Assembly: GCF_018977255.1 (NCBI RefSeq)
Contig: NW_024704743.1
Location: 9,612,001-9,676,000 of the forward strand
Direction: 5' to 3'
DNA from: Callorhinchus milii
Lineage: Eukaryota
DNA length: 64,000 bases
Within the stretch, counting starts at the first letter, position 1; each line of letters begins with the position of its first letter. Below the pieces are notes generated by a model. The model saw only the letters and a list, made by a program, of their open reading frames with translations. It ran no database searches and was not told where the DNA came from. The translations under genes and the position numbers were made by a program. Shown one piece after another: positions 1-14,161 of the stretch.

Positions 1-189
1 TCTCTTATACTTTCTTGGCAAAAATCAGCAAATTATAGGGGAGGAAAGAATCAATGAATGTGGACAGTAATTTGAGACATCCTCCAAAAGTGAGAAGGCA
101 CTATATCAAATGCAAGGATTATCATTTTAAGTACGAGACAAAAGATGAAAAATCCTGCCATGGAATTCACTTAGATGCAACCTTAATCA

Positions 190-372
<183 letters not shown>

Positions 373-896
373 TTATTCAAAAATCTATTAATGTTTCCAG
401 AAAACAGCAATATTCATCATCTATTATGTAGTTTTTTTAAAATACAAAATGCTTAATATCAAATTTTGAAATTAAATCTGTTAAAGGACAGACAACAGCA
501 ACAACTTACACTTATTACCTTTTCAATCAAATTCAAGATCTGCATCCTCACTTTGAAATGGTTATATAAGCATCACTGCACCTTACCTCTGTGGCTTCCT
601 GCAACCCATTTTATGTCCAACACCTAATCCATTCCACTGGTAATGGGCAAGCTTTCAGTTATTCTATCCTGGTCTCTGGAATGACATCCCAGAGCTGCTC
701 CACCTTGCCCCACTCTCTTTCTACATTCAAACCTGCTTTTTGACAACTTTTAATGCGTATGAATAAATTGTGCTGGTCAGCCCGTGTGGGCAAACCAGTG
801 TCACTCACAATGCTGAGACACATTCAGCCATTCACATCCTCGGTGTGACGTAAATCTTAATCTTAATGTGGAAGTTGGCTTTCTGTATCTGTATTT

Positions 897-1218
897 GTGG
901 AGTCCTGTAGCTCAGTGGTTAGAGAACTCGCTTTGCAAGCGAGAGACCTGAGTTCAATACCAGGCAGAGGGCGAAACCTTTGGCAAGTTTCCTTACTCCA
1001 CACACCTAATAATAATCCCTCCAAAAACCAACAACAATAATAAATTGGTCATTTTCAATCTACGACTGTTTGTGGGACATTGCTGTGCGCAATTGACTGC
1101 CGCGTTCACCCACAAATATACAGTCAATTCACTTTACGTGTGTTCTGTGAAGTGCTTTGGGACGTCCTCCCGACGTGAAAAGTACTATATCAAATGCAAA
1201 GATTATTATTATTATTAT
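897..1218 (+). mobile_element. tRNA-derived SINE, short variant, with Deu-like 3' body and L2-type tail
   Basis: A box TAGCTCAGTGG, B-box-like GAGTTCAATACC, body GTTTGTGGGACATTGCTGTGCGCAATTGACTGCC, tail GGGACGTCCTCCCGACGTGAAA followed by (TTA)n. Confidence 0.85.
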
Positions 1219-1364
1219 TCAAAACTGTGGAATTCCACTCAGACACCCAATCTCCTGCCAGACTCCAGGAGCCTCTTTTGTCAGGAATCCAGCCTCACAA
1301 TAGTCAAAACAAAGATTGGGGACCAATTGCTGCATTGCAGATGGGTGAACCTGGTGTCTGAAGA

Positions 1365-1672
1365 TAATAATAATAATCCTTGCATTTGATATAGCGCTTT
1401 TCACATCTTCTAGATGTCTCAAAGCGCTTCACAGAATATACTGTAAAGTGAATTGACTGCATATTTGTGCACGAAACATGGCAGCGAATTGCGCACAGCA
1501 GTGTCCCACAAACAGTCGTGGATTGAAGTGTCCAATTTATTATTGCTTTTCTCTTAAGGGATTATTATCAGGCATGTGGAGTAAGGAAGCTTGCCCAAGG
1601 TTTCACCCTGCCGGGAATCGAACCCAGGTCTCTCGCTTGCGAGGCGAGTGCTCTAACCACTGAGCTACAGGA
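1365..1672 (-). mobile_element. Same SINE family, short variant
   Basis: Reverse-complement match to 897-1218. Confidence 0.85.
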
Positions 1673-1952
1673 TCTGTTGCATGTATTTACAAATCCTCGT
1701 GAATCACTGAATCAAACCTGAATAGAACATTATAATAGAATATAACATAGATATGGGCCATTGAGCCAAACTAAACCTACCAGCATGGCTTATTTCACCC
1801 TTTTTTAAAAAGAAGTGTCAAGATAGCAAAGAAAACAACAGCCCAATAATAGATTGTTTAAGCCAGGTATAATTTGTGGGAACTCCTTCCAGAATTAAGA
1901 TAAATAGATAAGTGATACAGATTATTAGTCTGTGCATGTTTGTCAAACTTAC

Positions 1953-2012
1953 CAATTCTGGAGCCTTGCAGGCAGATTTGGGTTCTCTATAGTTTACTGC
2001 TGACGTCAGGGC
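1953..2012 (-). CDS. CUL2: Cullin-2 coding exon 11 (60 nt)
   Basis: ALTSAVNYREPKSACKAPEL; donor GTAAGT. Confidence 0.95.
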
Positions 2013-2114
2013 CTATAAAAGAATCAAATCTTTCTTTAGTACCATTTTCAGCAAACCAGTACAAACTGATAACTTTTGTTTTTGGCAGTGGATAAGTGCT
2101 CCAAAACCTGCAAA

Positions 2115-2785
2115 CAACAACAACAAGATTACATTTATATAGCACTTTTCGTGTCGGTAGGACGTCCCAAGGCGCTGGACAGTGTACAGCATTTCAGACC
2201 CGAGCTGGGGTCAAGGGGGAGAAGGGAGGAGAGGGGAAGGGGGCTGACCGATGGCATGGTCGAAGAGGAGAGTTTTGAGGCGGGACTTGAAGGAGACTAA
2301 GGAGGGGGAGAGGCAGAGTGACTGGGGGATGGAATTCCAGAGGTTGGTGGCAGAGTGGCTGAAGGCGCTCTTGCCAATGGTGGGGCGGGTGGGTCGGGGG
2401 ACATGGAGCAGGCTGGAGCCGGCTGAGTGGAGGGAGTGGGCAGGTTGGTTGGAGGTTAGGAGATCACAGAGGTAGGGTGGGGCGAGGAGTTGGGCGAGAA
2501 TGGGGGAGATGAGATCACGGAGTTTAGTGAGGGAGAGGACACGGGCTGCAGAGTTCTGGATTATCTGCAGCCTGTGGAGGGAGGAGTTGTGAAGGCCGAC
2601 AAGTAGGGAGTTTGCATAGTCAAACCTGGAGGTGATGAAGGTATGAACAAGAGTTTCAGTGGCCTGAGGGGTGAGGTAGTGGCGATGTTACGGAGGTGAG
2701 GGAAGGCAGAGCGGGTCATGGCTTGAATGTGGGGAAGAAGACAGTTGAGGGTCGAACAAGACACCTAGGTTCCTGACTGGCCCTT
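2115..2785 (-). mobile_element. Older L2 3' fragment, internally deleted
   Basis: (CAA)n tail, stem-loop, AFPHLRNIA. Confidence 0.8.
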
Positions 2786-3294
2786 CCTCCCTACCTGTCA
2801 ATCTAACATTGGCCCAAAAACGTTCTATGATTTTAAACCAATAGACCACTGAAGCTTGCTATGCGCAGGGCAAATAGAAAATTCCGGAAATATTTGCCAA
2901 AAATTGCAGGGAAATTTGGCAAAGTTTGCGGGAATTTTAACACATTTTGCGGAAAATTGTGAGGATTTGATTGGTGCTATTGAGGTACATTTTACTGCCA
3001 ACCTACATTTTTTCACTTTATTGATTAAAAACAAAACATGAAGAGATAACAGAAATTAAGACTGTTGCAAAAAAAGATTAATGCGTTCTTTAACAACTGG
3101 GTGGCCCACTCGGGGTGTGCATGGGGGAGAGAGAACATCAGCACAGGACCAAAGGGCCCATTTCCACCCCGCACTATACTTGAAGGCCTGGAGATCCGCT
3201 AAAAAACAGTATTGCTTGCCAAGCTCGCCAGTGTCCTGACTACAGGGTTATAGGAGGTCATCACGTCCTGCCTCGCGGGGACCATCACTGCACA

Positions 3295-3482
3295 CAGACA
3301 CAGAGACAGATAGAGAGAGACACATACACACTCAGAGACACACATATACTCACAGAGACACACACGCTCACAGAGTCACAGTCACAGACAGTGAAAAACA
3401 CACACCCAGACGGAGACTCACACTCATAACAGAGACACACACACACACTCACAAACAAACATACAGACAGAGGAAAGACAGA
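3295..3482. repeat. Degenerate CA/GA-rich simple repeat
   Basis: Direct reading. Confidence 0.75.
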
Positions 3483-3683
3483 CTTTTATTTTTTATTGGC
3501 CCAGGCCATGAGCCACAAGAATAATACTGGAGATTCAAAATTAACCACTAGAGGGTACTACACTACTTTACCAACATAAATAAATACAGAAATATGTGGA
3601 TTTGATAAAGCGACACCAAACATTTCACACAATGAATTAGTAAAAAAAAAAGGCATGGTTCAAAAACATCTTCAAATGTTTTA

Positions 3684-3821
<138 letters not shown>

Positions 3822-4217
3822 TCAAAGGAAAGAAATGTAACATTAATCATGAGGTAAAAGGTGGCAGAGTCAGTCTAGATTATGGCTTGCTATCAGAGAA
3901 AAGTTACAGATAACACTGGAGACAATCCAGCAATAAGTTAACTTGGTTTTAAAAGGCAAATAAAATGAAACCTATAAAAGGGGCTCACAATGCACTACCC
4001 AATGTGCCATACAAATCAGGAAGGGCCAGGTTCAATTCCTGGTCTTTGTTGAGTTAGCTGATCTCTGACTGAGAAGTGATGTGAACACTACGAATGGCCC
4101 CAGTGTCTTTTATGGGGAAAGTGGGCGAAAGCAGTAGAAACAAGGTAACATTCCCATACTAAACAAATGGTTGCATCACAATTTTTTAAATTATAGCAAA
4201 TTAACCAACATAATACA

Positions 4218-4590
4218 ATAATAATTATAATCCTTGCATTTGAATTAGCACCTTATCATATCTTCGAGATGTCTCAAAGCGCTTCATGGGATATACTGTA
4301 AAGCAAATTGACTGTACATTTTGTGGGTGAAACGTGGCAGTCAATTGTGCACAGCAGTGTCCCACAAACAATCGTGGATTGAAGTAAACAATCGTTTTTG
4401 GGGGGGGAGGGATTATTATCCCCGGAAAAGAGAACCCCCAAATCGACTAACAACCAGGTTCCTACTTACTGCTAAATAAACAGAGGTGTGTGGAGTAAGG
4501 AAACTTGCCCAACATTTTGCCCTGCCAGGAATGGAACCCAGGTCTCTCACTTGCGAGGCGAGTCAGCTTCAACTAATCACTCAGCTACAA
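4218..4590 (-). mobile_element. Same SINE family, long variant
   Basis: Head, body and tail as above, plus an extra central segment of about 75 bp. Confidence 0.8.
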
Positions 4591-4895
4591 GTCAATATTT
4601 GAAATGAAAATCTCGTCAGAAACCGGGGAGCCATTTTATATATATATATAATGAATCTATTGCCTGCAGTAACCTAATAGCAGCTGAATGTAGAAACTCA
4701 TAGTTCTCAAAGGGTTCATGGAATCCACTGGATCCACAGGAGAGGGGAAAGAGTGAAGGACCTACATACGTTTTTCCACTCCTGCAAGGTAGAAGGCCCT
4801 AAATATTTAATTATTCTGAAAGAGAAAGTAAAGCTGTCAAGAGTTTAAATGTGTTCAGCATGGTGATCTTAATATTCCTTATTAGGAAAGATTTA

Positions 4896-5285
<390 letters not shown>

Positions 5286-5814
5286 TTAGAAACATGGTTT
5301 ATCCTTCCCCAATTTCAAATTTGATCATGAAAGTAAAATATCTGCCTTTGACTGGTGGCCAGTAACATTACTAGTATCTGCTACTCAACCCTCTCTACTT
5401 CTTGGGGGTTCAGCTGGGTATCTCGACACATGTGGAAACCCTTTCACATCAGACAAGGCAAAAGGAACCCAGGACCGAATTCCATAGAGTGCAGTCAGAA
5501 TGGCTGAGAGCTCGCCACCAATAATGAGGAGGATCAGGAGAGTGACATGAAATAGGTCGGTGTTTGCTGAACAGAGGGAGCTGCCAAGTCAGTGGGATTT
5601 GCAGGAGGTTACAGGAGTAAGATGGTTACAGGGTCTACTTGCAAGACGAAAGGTCTTACTTGCTTCTACTGTGGAAATTGCACAGCAGAATTGTTGAAAG
5701 CCATATGACAACTTGGAGAAGTTCCTGAAAATACTAGTTACGTGTGTGGTTACAAGCATTTTGAATGCTTAAATTATTTAAAGAATGAAGAGGATTGTAA
5801 ATTATAGGAAGTGA

Positions 5815-6200
5815 GCAGGATGGTAGGCGGTTAGGAGGTCGCAGGGGTAGGAGGGAGCAAGATCATGGAGGGCTTTGAAGGTGAGGACCAGGATCTTGAA
5901 CTGTATCTTCTATGTGACGGGAAGCCAGTGGAGTCGGGCAAGGATGGGGGTGATATGGTCGTGGAGCCTGATGCGGGAGAGGACACGGCCTACAGAGTTT
6001 TGGATGATCTGCAATCTATGGAGGGAGGAGTTGGGGAGGCCGATAAGCAATGAGTTTACATAGTCAAACCTCGATGTAATGAAAGCACGTATGAGGGTTT
6101 CGGCGGCCTGCGGTGTAAGACAGTGGCAGAGCTGAGCAATGTTGCGGAGGTGGGGGAAGGCAGAGCGGGTCATTGCACAGATGTTGGGTAGAAAGCAAGT
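5815..6200 (-). mobile_element. Older L2 fragment abutting the young copy head-to-head
   Basis: LRNIAQL...[14 protein letters not shown]...LARLHWLP. Confidence 0.8.
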
Positions 6201-6205
6201 AAGAC

Positions 6206-7030
6206 CTTCAGGCGCTGACAGCATCAGCATCCAAGGCTGCACTCCCCACCACTCAAAGCCGGTCAGGAACCTCGGTGTTCTGTTCGACCCTGAGCTGTCC
6301 TTTCTTCCTCATATCCGCGCCACAACTGGCACCGCCTTCCATCACCTCCGAAACATCGCCAGACTACGGCACTACCTCACCCCTCACGCTGCTGAAACTC
6401 TGGTCCACACCTTTATCACCTCAAGGCTGGACTATGGGAACTCTCTCCTCGTCGGCCTTCCCAGCACCTCCCTCCACAAGCTGCAGGTCATTCAGAACTC
6501 TGCAGCTCGTGTAATGTCCCACACCAGGCTTCGCGACCACATCATTCCCACCCTCGCTCGCCTCCACTGGCTTCCCATCCCCCAGAGGATCGAATTCAAG
6601 ATCCTCATCCTCACCTACAAGGCCATTCAGGGCCTTGCTCCCTCCTACCTCTCCGACTTTCTATTCCCCTACTTACCTGCCCGTACCCTCCGTTCCTCTG
6701 GCTCCGGTCTGCTCCACATACCCCGCCCCAACCGACCTACCATTGGTGGCCGGGCCTTCAGCCTCTCAGCCCCTAGGCTCTGGAACTCCATCCCCCTGTG
6801 CCTTCGCCGCTTCCTCCCTTTCCTCCTTCAAGGCCGGTCTCAAGACCTTTCTCTTTGACCGTGCGTTCAGCTCCCCTCTCGACTCTCTACCCCCTCCCCG
6901 CTCCCTCCCTTCCCTCCCCTCACCCTGATCATTTCTCCCCTGCTTGGGTCCTGACCCAACTGTCCAGCGTCTTGGGAAGTCCTCCCGACGTGAAAGGCGC
7001 TCTATAAATGAAATCTTGTTGTTGTTGTTG
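6206..7030 (+). mobile_element. Young L2-clade LINE, 3' fragment
   Basis: VRNLGVLFD...LRNIARLR...FITSRLDYGNSLL...LQVIQNSAAR...LHWLP...APRLWNS; 3' stem-loop and (TTG)n tail. Confidence 0.9.
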
Positions 7031-7309
7031 AATCTTGTTGAATTGAGGAGTCAAACAAAACACCAAGGTTAAGAAGTACTTAATTGTATTCAAGTGTTTA
7101 ACTGTATTTAGACGCCCAGTGGATCGGTGATTTCGCCATCATTTTCATGGCAGATAATCATCCGTCGCCATGTTCGGTGCGACATCTCCAATAACATAGA
7201 TGGAGTGAAATGCATCTCTCACAGCTTGTTTCAGCTACTCCATAATCTCATAATTGGTTTGTAATTGGGAGTAAGAGGACTTTTTGACCACCCTGTAGAG
7301 TGTAATTCA

Positions 7310-7504
<195 letters not shown>

Positions 7505-7576
7505 TTAAAAACAAATGCACTGAATATTTAGATCTTTAAGCTTCATATACAAATATTTACCGTTCACAAGTTTTTA

Positions 7577-7741
<165 letters not shown>

Positions 7742-8769
7742 TTAAGTGCAAGAAATTGGCTACATAACATAAGATGCAAGATTGATGAATTCGAGCACAC
7801 ATGAAGTTGCATGAAATTGAAACCCAAACTTTAAATAGTTACATTTATTTTACTTTTAAAAAAAAGATTTGATATGAAACATTTGACGCAAAACATAATA
7901 GTAAAACGTTCAGGAACAGTATCAGAAACATTGTAACACTGTAATGTACTTTTCTAAAATTACACAAATGAGAATTACAGGAACATTATTTCACCAACAA
8001 GTTATACAGTCAATTCACTTTGCAGTATATTCTCTGAAGCCCTTTGAGATGCCTCGAAGACGTGTTAAGGCATTATATCAAATGCAAGGATTATTATTAT
8101 TGATGAAGAAGGCCCGTCAGACCATTTTATCTCATCCTTTCAAAATACCATCCCACCATTCGATCATCAAGCTGTTTCTTGAAGGAGTCCAGCTTCCTAC
8201 CAGACATTAATTGCCCTATGTATAGTATGAAGCAATAATTCCAGGTGTCTGTGCTGATATTGACCTTGCAACCCTGAACTCGGTCGTTCTTGATCTGTCT
8301 TTGAACAGGTGCAATTCTTATGAGTTTACTTTATCTTATCAAGATCCCTTGTGATATGCCTCTTTTCAAGATTGAAGAGCCCAAGCTTGTCTAATCTTCG
8401 TTCACAGCTCAGTTCTCTCACTCTGTAGACCATTCTCATTGCCACCTCTTGGGTCTGTACAGACAAGAACAAGCAATCATATTCGGTCTGAGTAGCAAAA
8501 TCTGAAATGAAAGATGATCATCCAATAAGCCTGTGACCATATAAAGTCTTGGTACAGAATCAATGGACATTTAGCTCATCCGCATGTGGTTGAGGTACCG
8601 GAAAGACAATACAACCCTGTTATAAAGCAGCAGTTGGTTCACAAAATTCCAACCTGCCTTACAATAGGGCAACCTCAAGAATGGCCACTAGTCGGTGCTT
8701 CTGGATCATGTTGATAAATCTCTGTTGCACACTACTTGATTGAAATTAGGTAACATGATTTGTTATTTA

Positions 8770-9033
<264 letters not shown>

Positions 9034-9288
9034 TCACCTTGAAATGTATACAATAAACCCATGCATTATGAAGCTTCCTACAACATTCATCTCATCTCAG
9101 AATCATTTTGAGATGAATGTCACATGTACATCTGCGGTTAAGATTTAAAAAAAAGGAAGGTACAAGGGATGGAAAGTACCAAGTAAATAAGATCCTCTGA
9201 TACTTTGGACCAGTTCTATTCTTGGTGCCAGTTTCCTTCTAAATTCAACATTCATCACAAGCAGTCTTTTGCTTCCACTCTACAAGTA

Positions 9289-9972
9289 CTCCGGAATGTC
9301 GCCAGACTACGGCACTACCTCACCCCTCACGCTGCTGAAACTCTGGTCCACGCCTTTATCACCTCAAGGCTGGACTATGGGAACTCTCTCCTCGTCGGCC
9401 TTCCCGGCACCTCCCTCCACAAGCTGCAGGTCATTCAGAACTCTGCAGCTCGTGTACTGTCCCGCACCAGGCTTCGCGACCACATCACTCCCACCCTCGC
9501 TCGCGTCCACTGGCTCCCCATCCCCCAGAGGATCGAATTCAAGATCCTCATCCTCACCTACAAGGCCATTCCCGGCCTCGCTCCCTCCTACATCTCCGAC
9601 CTACTATCCCCTTACCTACCTGCCCGTACGCTCCGTTCCTCTGGCTCCGGTCTGCTCCACGTCCCCCGCCCCAACCGCCCTACCATCGGTGGCCGGGCCT
9701 TCAGCCTCTCAGCCCCTAGGCTCTGGAACTCTATCCCCCAGTGCCTTCGCCGCCTCCTCCCTTTCCTCCTTCAAGGCCGGTCTCAAGACCTTTCTCTTTG
9801 ACCGAGCCTTCAGCTCCCCTCTCGACTCTCTACCCCCTCCTCGCTCCCTCCCTTCCCTCCCCTCACCCTGACCATTTCCCCCTTGCTCGGGTCCTGATCC
9901 AACTGTACAGCGCCTTGGGACGTCCTCCCGACGTGAAAGGCGCTCAATAAATGGAATCTTGTTGTTGTTGTT
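9289..9972 (+). mobile_element. Young L2 3' fragment
   Basis: Near-identical to 6345-7030. Confidence 0.9.
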
Positions 9973-10574
9973 TAAAAGCACCAGGTTTTAAATTGACTTG
10001 CAAAAATGTCTAAAAGTGTTTGGATGCACAGTTATACAAAAATGACCGTGTTTCTTCTCTCTTGTTCCCATCCTTAAAGCTGTGTAAAAATTCTTACAAG
10101 GCATTCTGCATATTGCCTTGTGTTCCTTAGCATTTCCTGGGATCCAACAATTTGTCAATTTTCATTTAATGTCTCTGGAGTATCAGAATTCTTTAGTGAG
10201 TTTAGCTTGGCTCAAGCAAAATTGTGCTGCCCACATCTGCATCCACTCTAAACTCCATTTGCCCATTACAACAGTCCTCACCAGGCTCTCCTGATAGATA
10301 GATCACCTGTGACTTTACAGATTATCCTGTGAAATACTTTGGGATATCCACCCAATGTGAAAGGTTCTATATCAAATATAGAAGGTTATTTCAAGGTCCT
10401 CACCCTCACCTATAAATTACTTCATGCCCTAGAACCTCCCTATTTCTGTGTTCTTCTACCCCACTCTTTTGCTCACCTCCTCTACTCAGCAAACTCATGC
10501 ATACTGCTCATTCCCTGCCTACCAGCGGTTGCTGTGCGTTCAACACTTGCGCTCCCAGCCTTTGTAAGACAACA

Positions 10575-10995
10575 ATGATAAATTGCATTCATACAACCTC
10601 TTTCATGTTGGCAGGATGTCATAAAGGTCCTGGACAGTCAAGGGTTTGCACCCAAGCCGGGGGTGGATTCAGGACGGGTGGGGCCAAGGGGGATGGGGTT
10701 AGGGGTAAGATGACCCAAGGTGCGGTCGAAGAAAGACATCTTTAGATTGAACTTGAAGGAGGAAAGGGAAAGGGCGAGGCGAAGGGACTCTGGGGATGGA
10801 GTTCCAGAGATTGAGGGCAGATACGCTAAAAACTCAACCACCATTGGTGGGACAGACAGAGCAGAGACATGAAGCAACCCAGTGGTCCCTGCGTGGAGGC
10901 AGCAGCCGAGTTCGTACCAATTAAGAAGGTCCCAGAGATAGGGTGGGACAAAACCATGGTGGGATTTAACAGTGAGGATAAAGATCTTGAATTCC
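10575..10995 (-). mobile_element. Old L2 3' fragment
   Basis: SLRLALSLSSFKFNLK and degenerate tail. Confidence 0.65.
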
Positions 10996-11399
10996 CTCCC
11001 TCTATCTCATCCTCGTTCTATCCGTCTTTAAATCCTGCCTTTGACTATGCCAACTCTCATTGCCCCCTCTTCCTTTGCTTGGTGTCAGACACCATCCCTG
11101 TGATGCAATCAGAGTTGTTATCTAACGTTATATGAATGCAAATTATTGTGGTGTACCAGTATTCAGTTCTCTAGGTCAGTTCTGACACATAGCTGGGAAC
11201 ATAGAAATATTCCATTAAGGTCTATCTGGCCAATCCAAAATCTCTAATTTCCATCTATTTTGGCCCAAACATTAGCCTTATGCTGCTGTCTGTTTGGCAC
11301 TGGCATCTCAAAATTCAGTATATGGCCTCTGAAGACTGCATATGTCAAATGATGCTCCACGTATGCATGGAGGTCTCTACATCATAAACAAGTCATTAG

Positions 11400-12020
11400 A
11401 AGTGGGTTACAAAGCAAGGTTCAAAGCAAGGTAATGTGCTTAAAAAAGTGAAAACCTAGGGAGCATAAGTTTTACAAACAGGGTATGAAATACCAGAGCA
11501 AAGAGATAGCTAAATCTAAACATATTATTGGTTAAGACATGGTTAGAATATTGCATTCAGTCCCAGGCGGCCTATTTTTGGAAAGGCTGCAGAGTACATA
11601 GAGAAGATTCACTTGCAATGATATGAGGTTGGGGCTCTTGTAAAAAATACTAGAGATTGGGGCTGTTCTCACTGGAAGAGAGATGGTTGAAATGAAATCA
11701 ATCTGGCCTTAGTGTTCAAAGCCATGAGAATATTTTTATAAGGTAATAGGGAAAGCAATTGGTTGGTGAATCAATGACTGGATAGCAAGATTATTGCACA
11801 GAAAATTATGAGGTCATGCAAGGTCCTATCAAAAACAACAGCTGAAACAGAATCATGAATAGTTTTTAACGGGGAGCACATAAATACTTAAGTAGGAAAC
11901 TCTAAATGGGTATAGGGACAAGGCAGAGAACTGGGACCAGAGATAGCTCTCACAGAAGAGCCAGCACAGACATGATGAGCCAAATGGGATTTCTTCTGTC
12001 CTGAACAAAAATCTATGATC
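11400..12020 (+). mobile_element. Old CR1 3' fragment
   Basis: Degenerate GLFSLEER motif and 3' UTR similar to the other CR1 copies. Confidence 0.6.
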
Positions 12021-14078
12021 ATCGTGTAAGTATTGCAATGAGGTCAAGAAGTTTGTGGATGCACAAACATTTGGATTATGTCTCCTTGCCAAATAATGGT
12101 ACCATAAAATGGGAGGTGTGTCTACAAAATCAGTTGGGTTTACTCCTGTCAGCTTTTGTGTTCTACTATTATTTGGCAAGTCAAGATGAGAAATGTCTTC
12201 AAATCCTGCCATATACAATGACATTGACATCTTCACAGGTGCTGAATGCAATTGGTCCAGATTTCCAATTTTAAAAGAATGGGTCAGGTCACTGGTAGCC
12301 AGAGACAACTGGACATCCAATTCCAAGCCAGGTCTTGTCTAACTTCAGTGCTTAGAAACTAACTCAGCAAGACTGAAAAGCAATAAGATGCAAGTTTGAT
12401 GGGAATAAAGATTGCACTGGCACAGTCTGGAAGTCCTTTAAGAAGGGACAGCACAATCTTCCTCCCTTGCCAAAAAAAGTAACAGTCACAATCTGACTGC
12501 ACTAGTGTGAACTCGCTATTGCCTTGTTCATCTAGTTTTATAATGGAAAATAAGATTAAATTTTACTATGTTTCTTAGCCAACCTGTTGTCTTTGTTTTA
12601 GAGTCCCCAAACCAGACTGAGTGTTCCATGTATGAAAATTACCATCTCTGAATGGACAGCATTCTCTCCCTGGAGGGATGCTCTCAACCATTCTAAGCAT
12701 TCCGAGATGCTACCCTGCATGAAGGGCAACAACAACGACACTATATAAATGGAAATTATTGTTACCAAAGCTGGAGAGTATTTGGCTCAGGTTGGAAAAA
12801 GCCAAGGTTTGTGCATTGAGGTATTGATGGGAGCTTACCCAGCTAAGAAACAAACAACTGGTCATTGAGAGTCCTGCCGAGCAAGTTTTCTCCTACCATG
12901 AGGGCTTTGGCTTGTAAAGTTTGCAAGAGTTCCCCAGTCTGTCCCTCTAAGACCTAAGCCAGGCTGGCTGGTCTGTCATCAGCAGTACTTTGAAGTACTG
13001 CGGACCCACTTGACTCAGAAACTAGACCATTGTGACTGTCACATTGATTGAATTGATAGAATTGATTTGATTCTGTTGCCAAGCATGTCACCTTGGAACC
13101 AATTCAGCTCTAATGAGACCTTGCTTATCCTCCCCTCCCTCACTTCGAGGAACATAGTTGGTCATTTGATATTTGACAAGTGCAAGTTTCTACTCTCATT
13201 CGGTGGACAACAAGTATCAGGAATTCTTCTGGCCCACAGGTCGGACACGCTTCTCTACCCATTAAGCAATCATTCCGCTCATTAGAGGTGCAGAGCTTGA
13301 GCAGCAGCTGCTTACCTCTCTGCATATCAATCAAGGTGGATTCCAAGCCCTGGATAAATGAATATGTGTTCACAAACCTGGACTCCACGTAATACCTTCC
13401 AGCAGCTGTCAACCCAAGCATCAGAGTTTCCTCATCAGCTCTAAGACTTCAGCGTGGTGGCAGCTTTTATAGGACAGTTTGTGACATGCCAGGCAGCTTG
13501 ATGTTTTAGTGGTCCAAGCCCAATGCCATACAGCAGGCTTACTCAGGAAAGATTACTTAATTCAGGTCCTTATTTGAGGGGGGGCTTTGGCAGGTAGACA
13601 TGCACATAGTGAAGTCGGCTTTTCCTTAAGGGTGCTCAGCGACTGGTCAGTGTAGACCCAAGGCCTCCCTCCTTGCAGTCACTTCCCCTTTTAAACACAA
13701 ATCATCTCATTACTTGATCCTGGACGTTGCAAATAGGCCAGATAAAACCCCTATATTGCATGCTCAGGAGCTCATAACTATTTACTACTGTTAAATTATT
13801 TTTGCTTTCAACCAGCAGCCATTAGAAACTGAATTGAGATTTCCCAAACCCTTTTTACACAGCACCCTAGTAGAGCGCATATATGAAACTTTCATCCTGG
13901 TCTGGATTCAAAAACCCAAGTCTCAAAATTATAAAAAAATTAAATTTGTAGCTAAAAATACAAAAAAAAAGGGGGTAGGGGGAAAGAAATCACTTAATAT
14001 GATAAAGGACTATTTTTGTAACGGGTTACTAGCATTCAAATAAAATACAAGGACTAATGCAACCACAAACCCACTCAC

Positions 14079-14161
14079 TTTTTTATTTCACGGAGAAGCA
14101 TTCGGATGAGGATGGTCTGTAATGGTTCAATCATCAGTTTCTTCCACATGTCAAGAGCTAG
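14079..14161 (-). CDS. CUL2: Cullin-2 coding exon 5 (83 nt)
   Basis: LALDMWKKLMIEPLQTILIRMLLREIK(N); donor GTGAGT. Confidence 0.95.

Noticed and set aside
897..975. tRNA-Ala-like sequence (also about 1605-1672, 17520-17591, 26310-26381)
   Set aside because: These are SINE heads: no proper acceptor stem or terminator, and they run on into the SINE body.
2001..2008. Perfect CRE palindrome TGACGTCA within a CUL2 coding exon
   Set aside because: Explained by the codons for L-T-S; a single 8-mer in 64 kb is expected by chance.
2825..3041. Overlapping short ORFs in an AAATTTGC-rich stretch
   Set aside because: Low-complexity internal repeats, possibly a DNA-transposon remnant; I could not identify termini or a protein motif.
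6139..6858. 239-aa ORF and similar ORFs at 9205, 22641, 23560, 36181 and 58845 as host genes
   Set aside because: Truncated L2 or CR1 ORF2 fragments.
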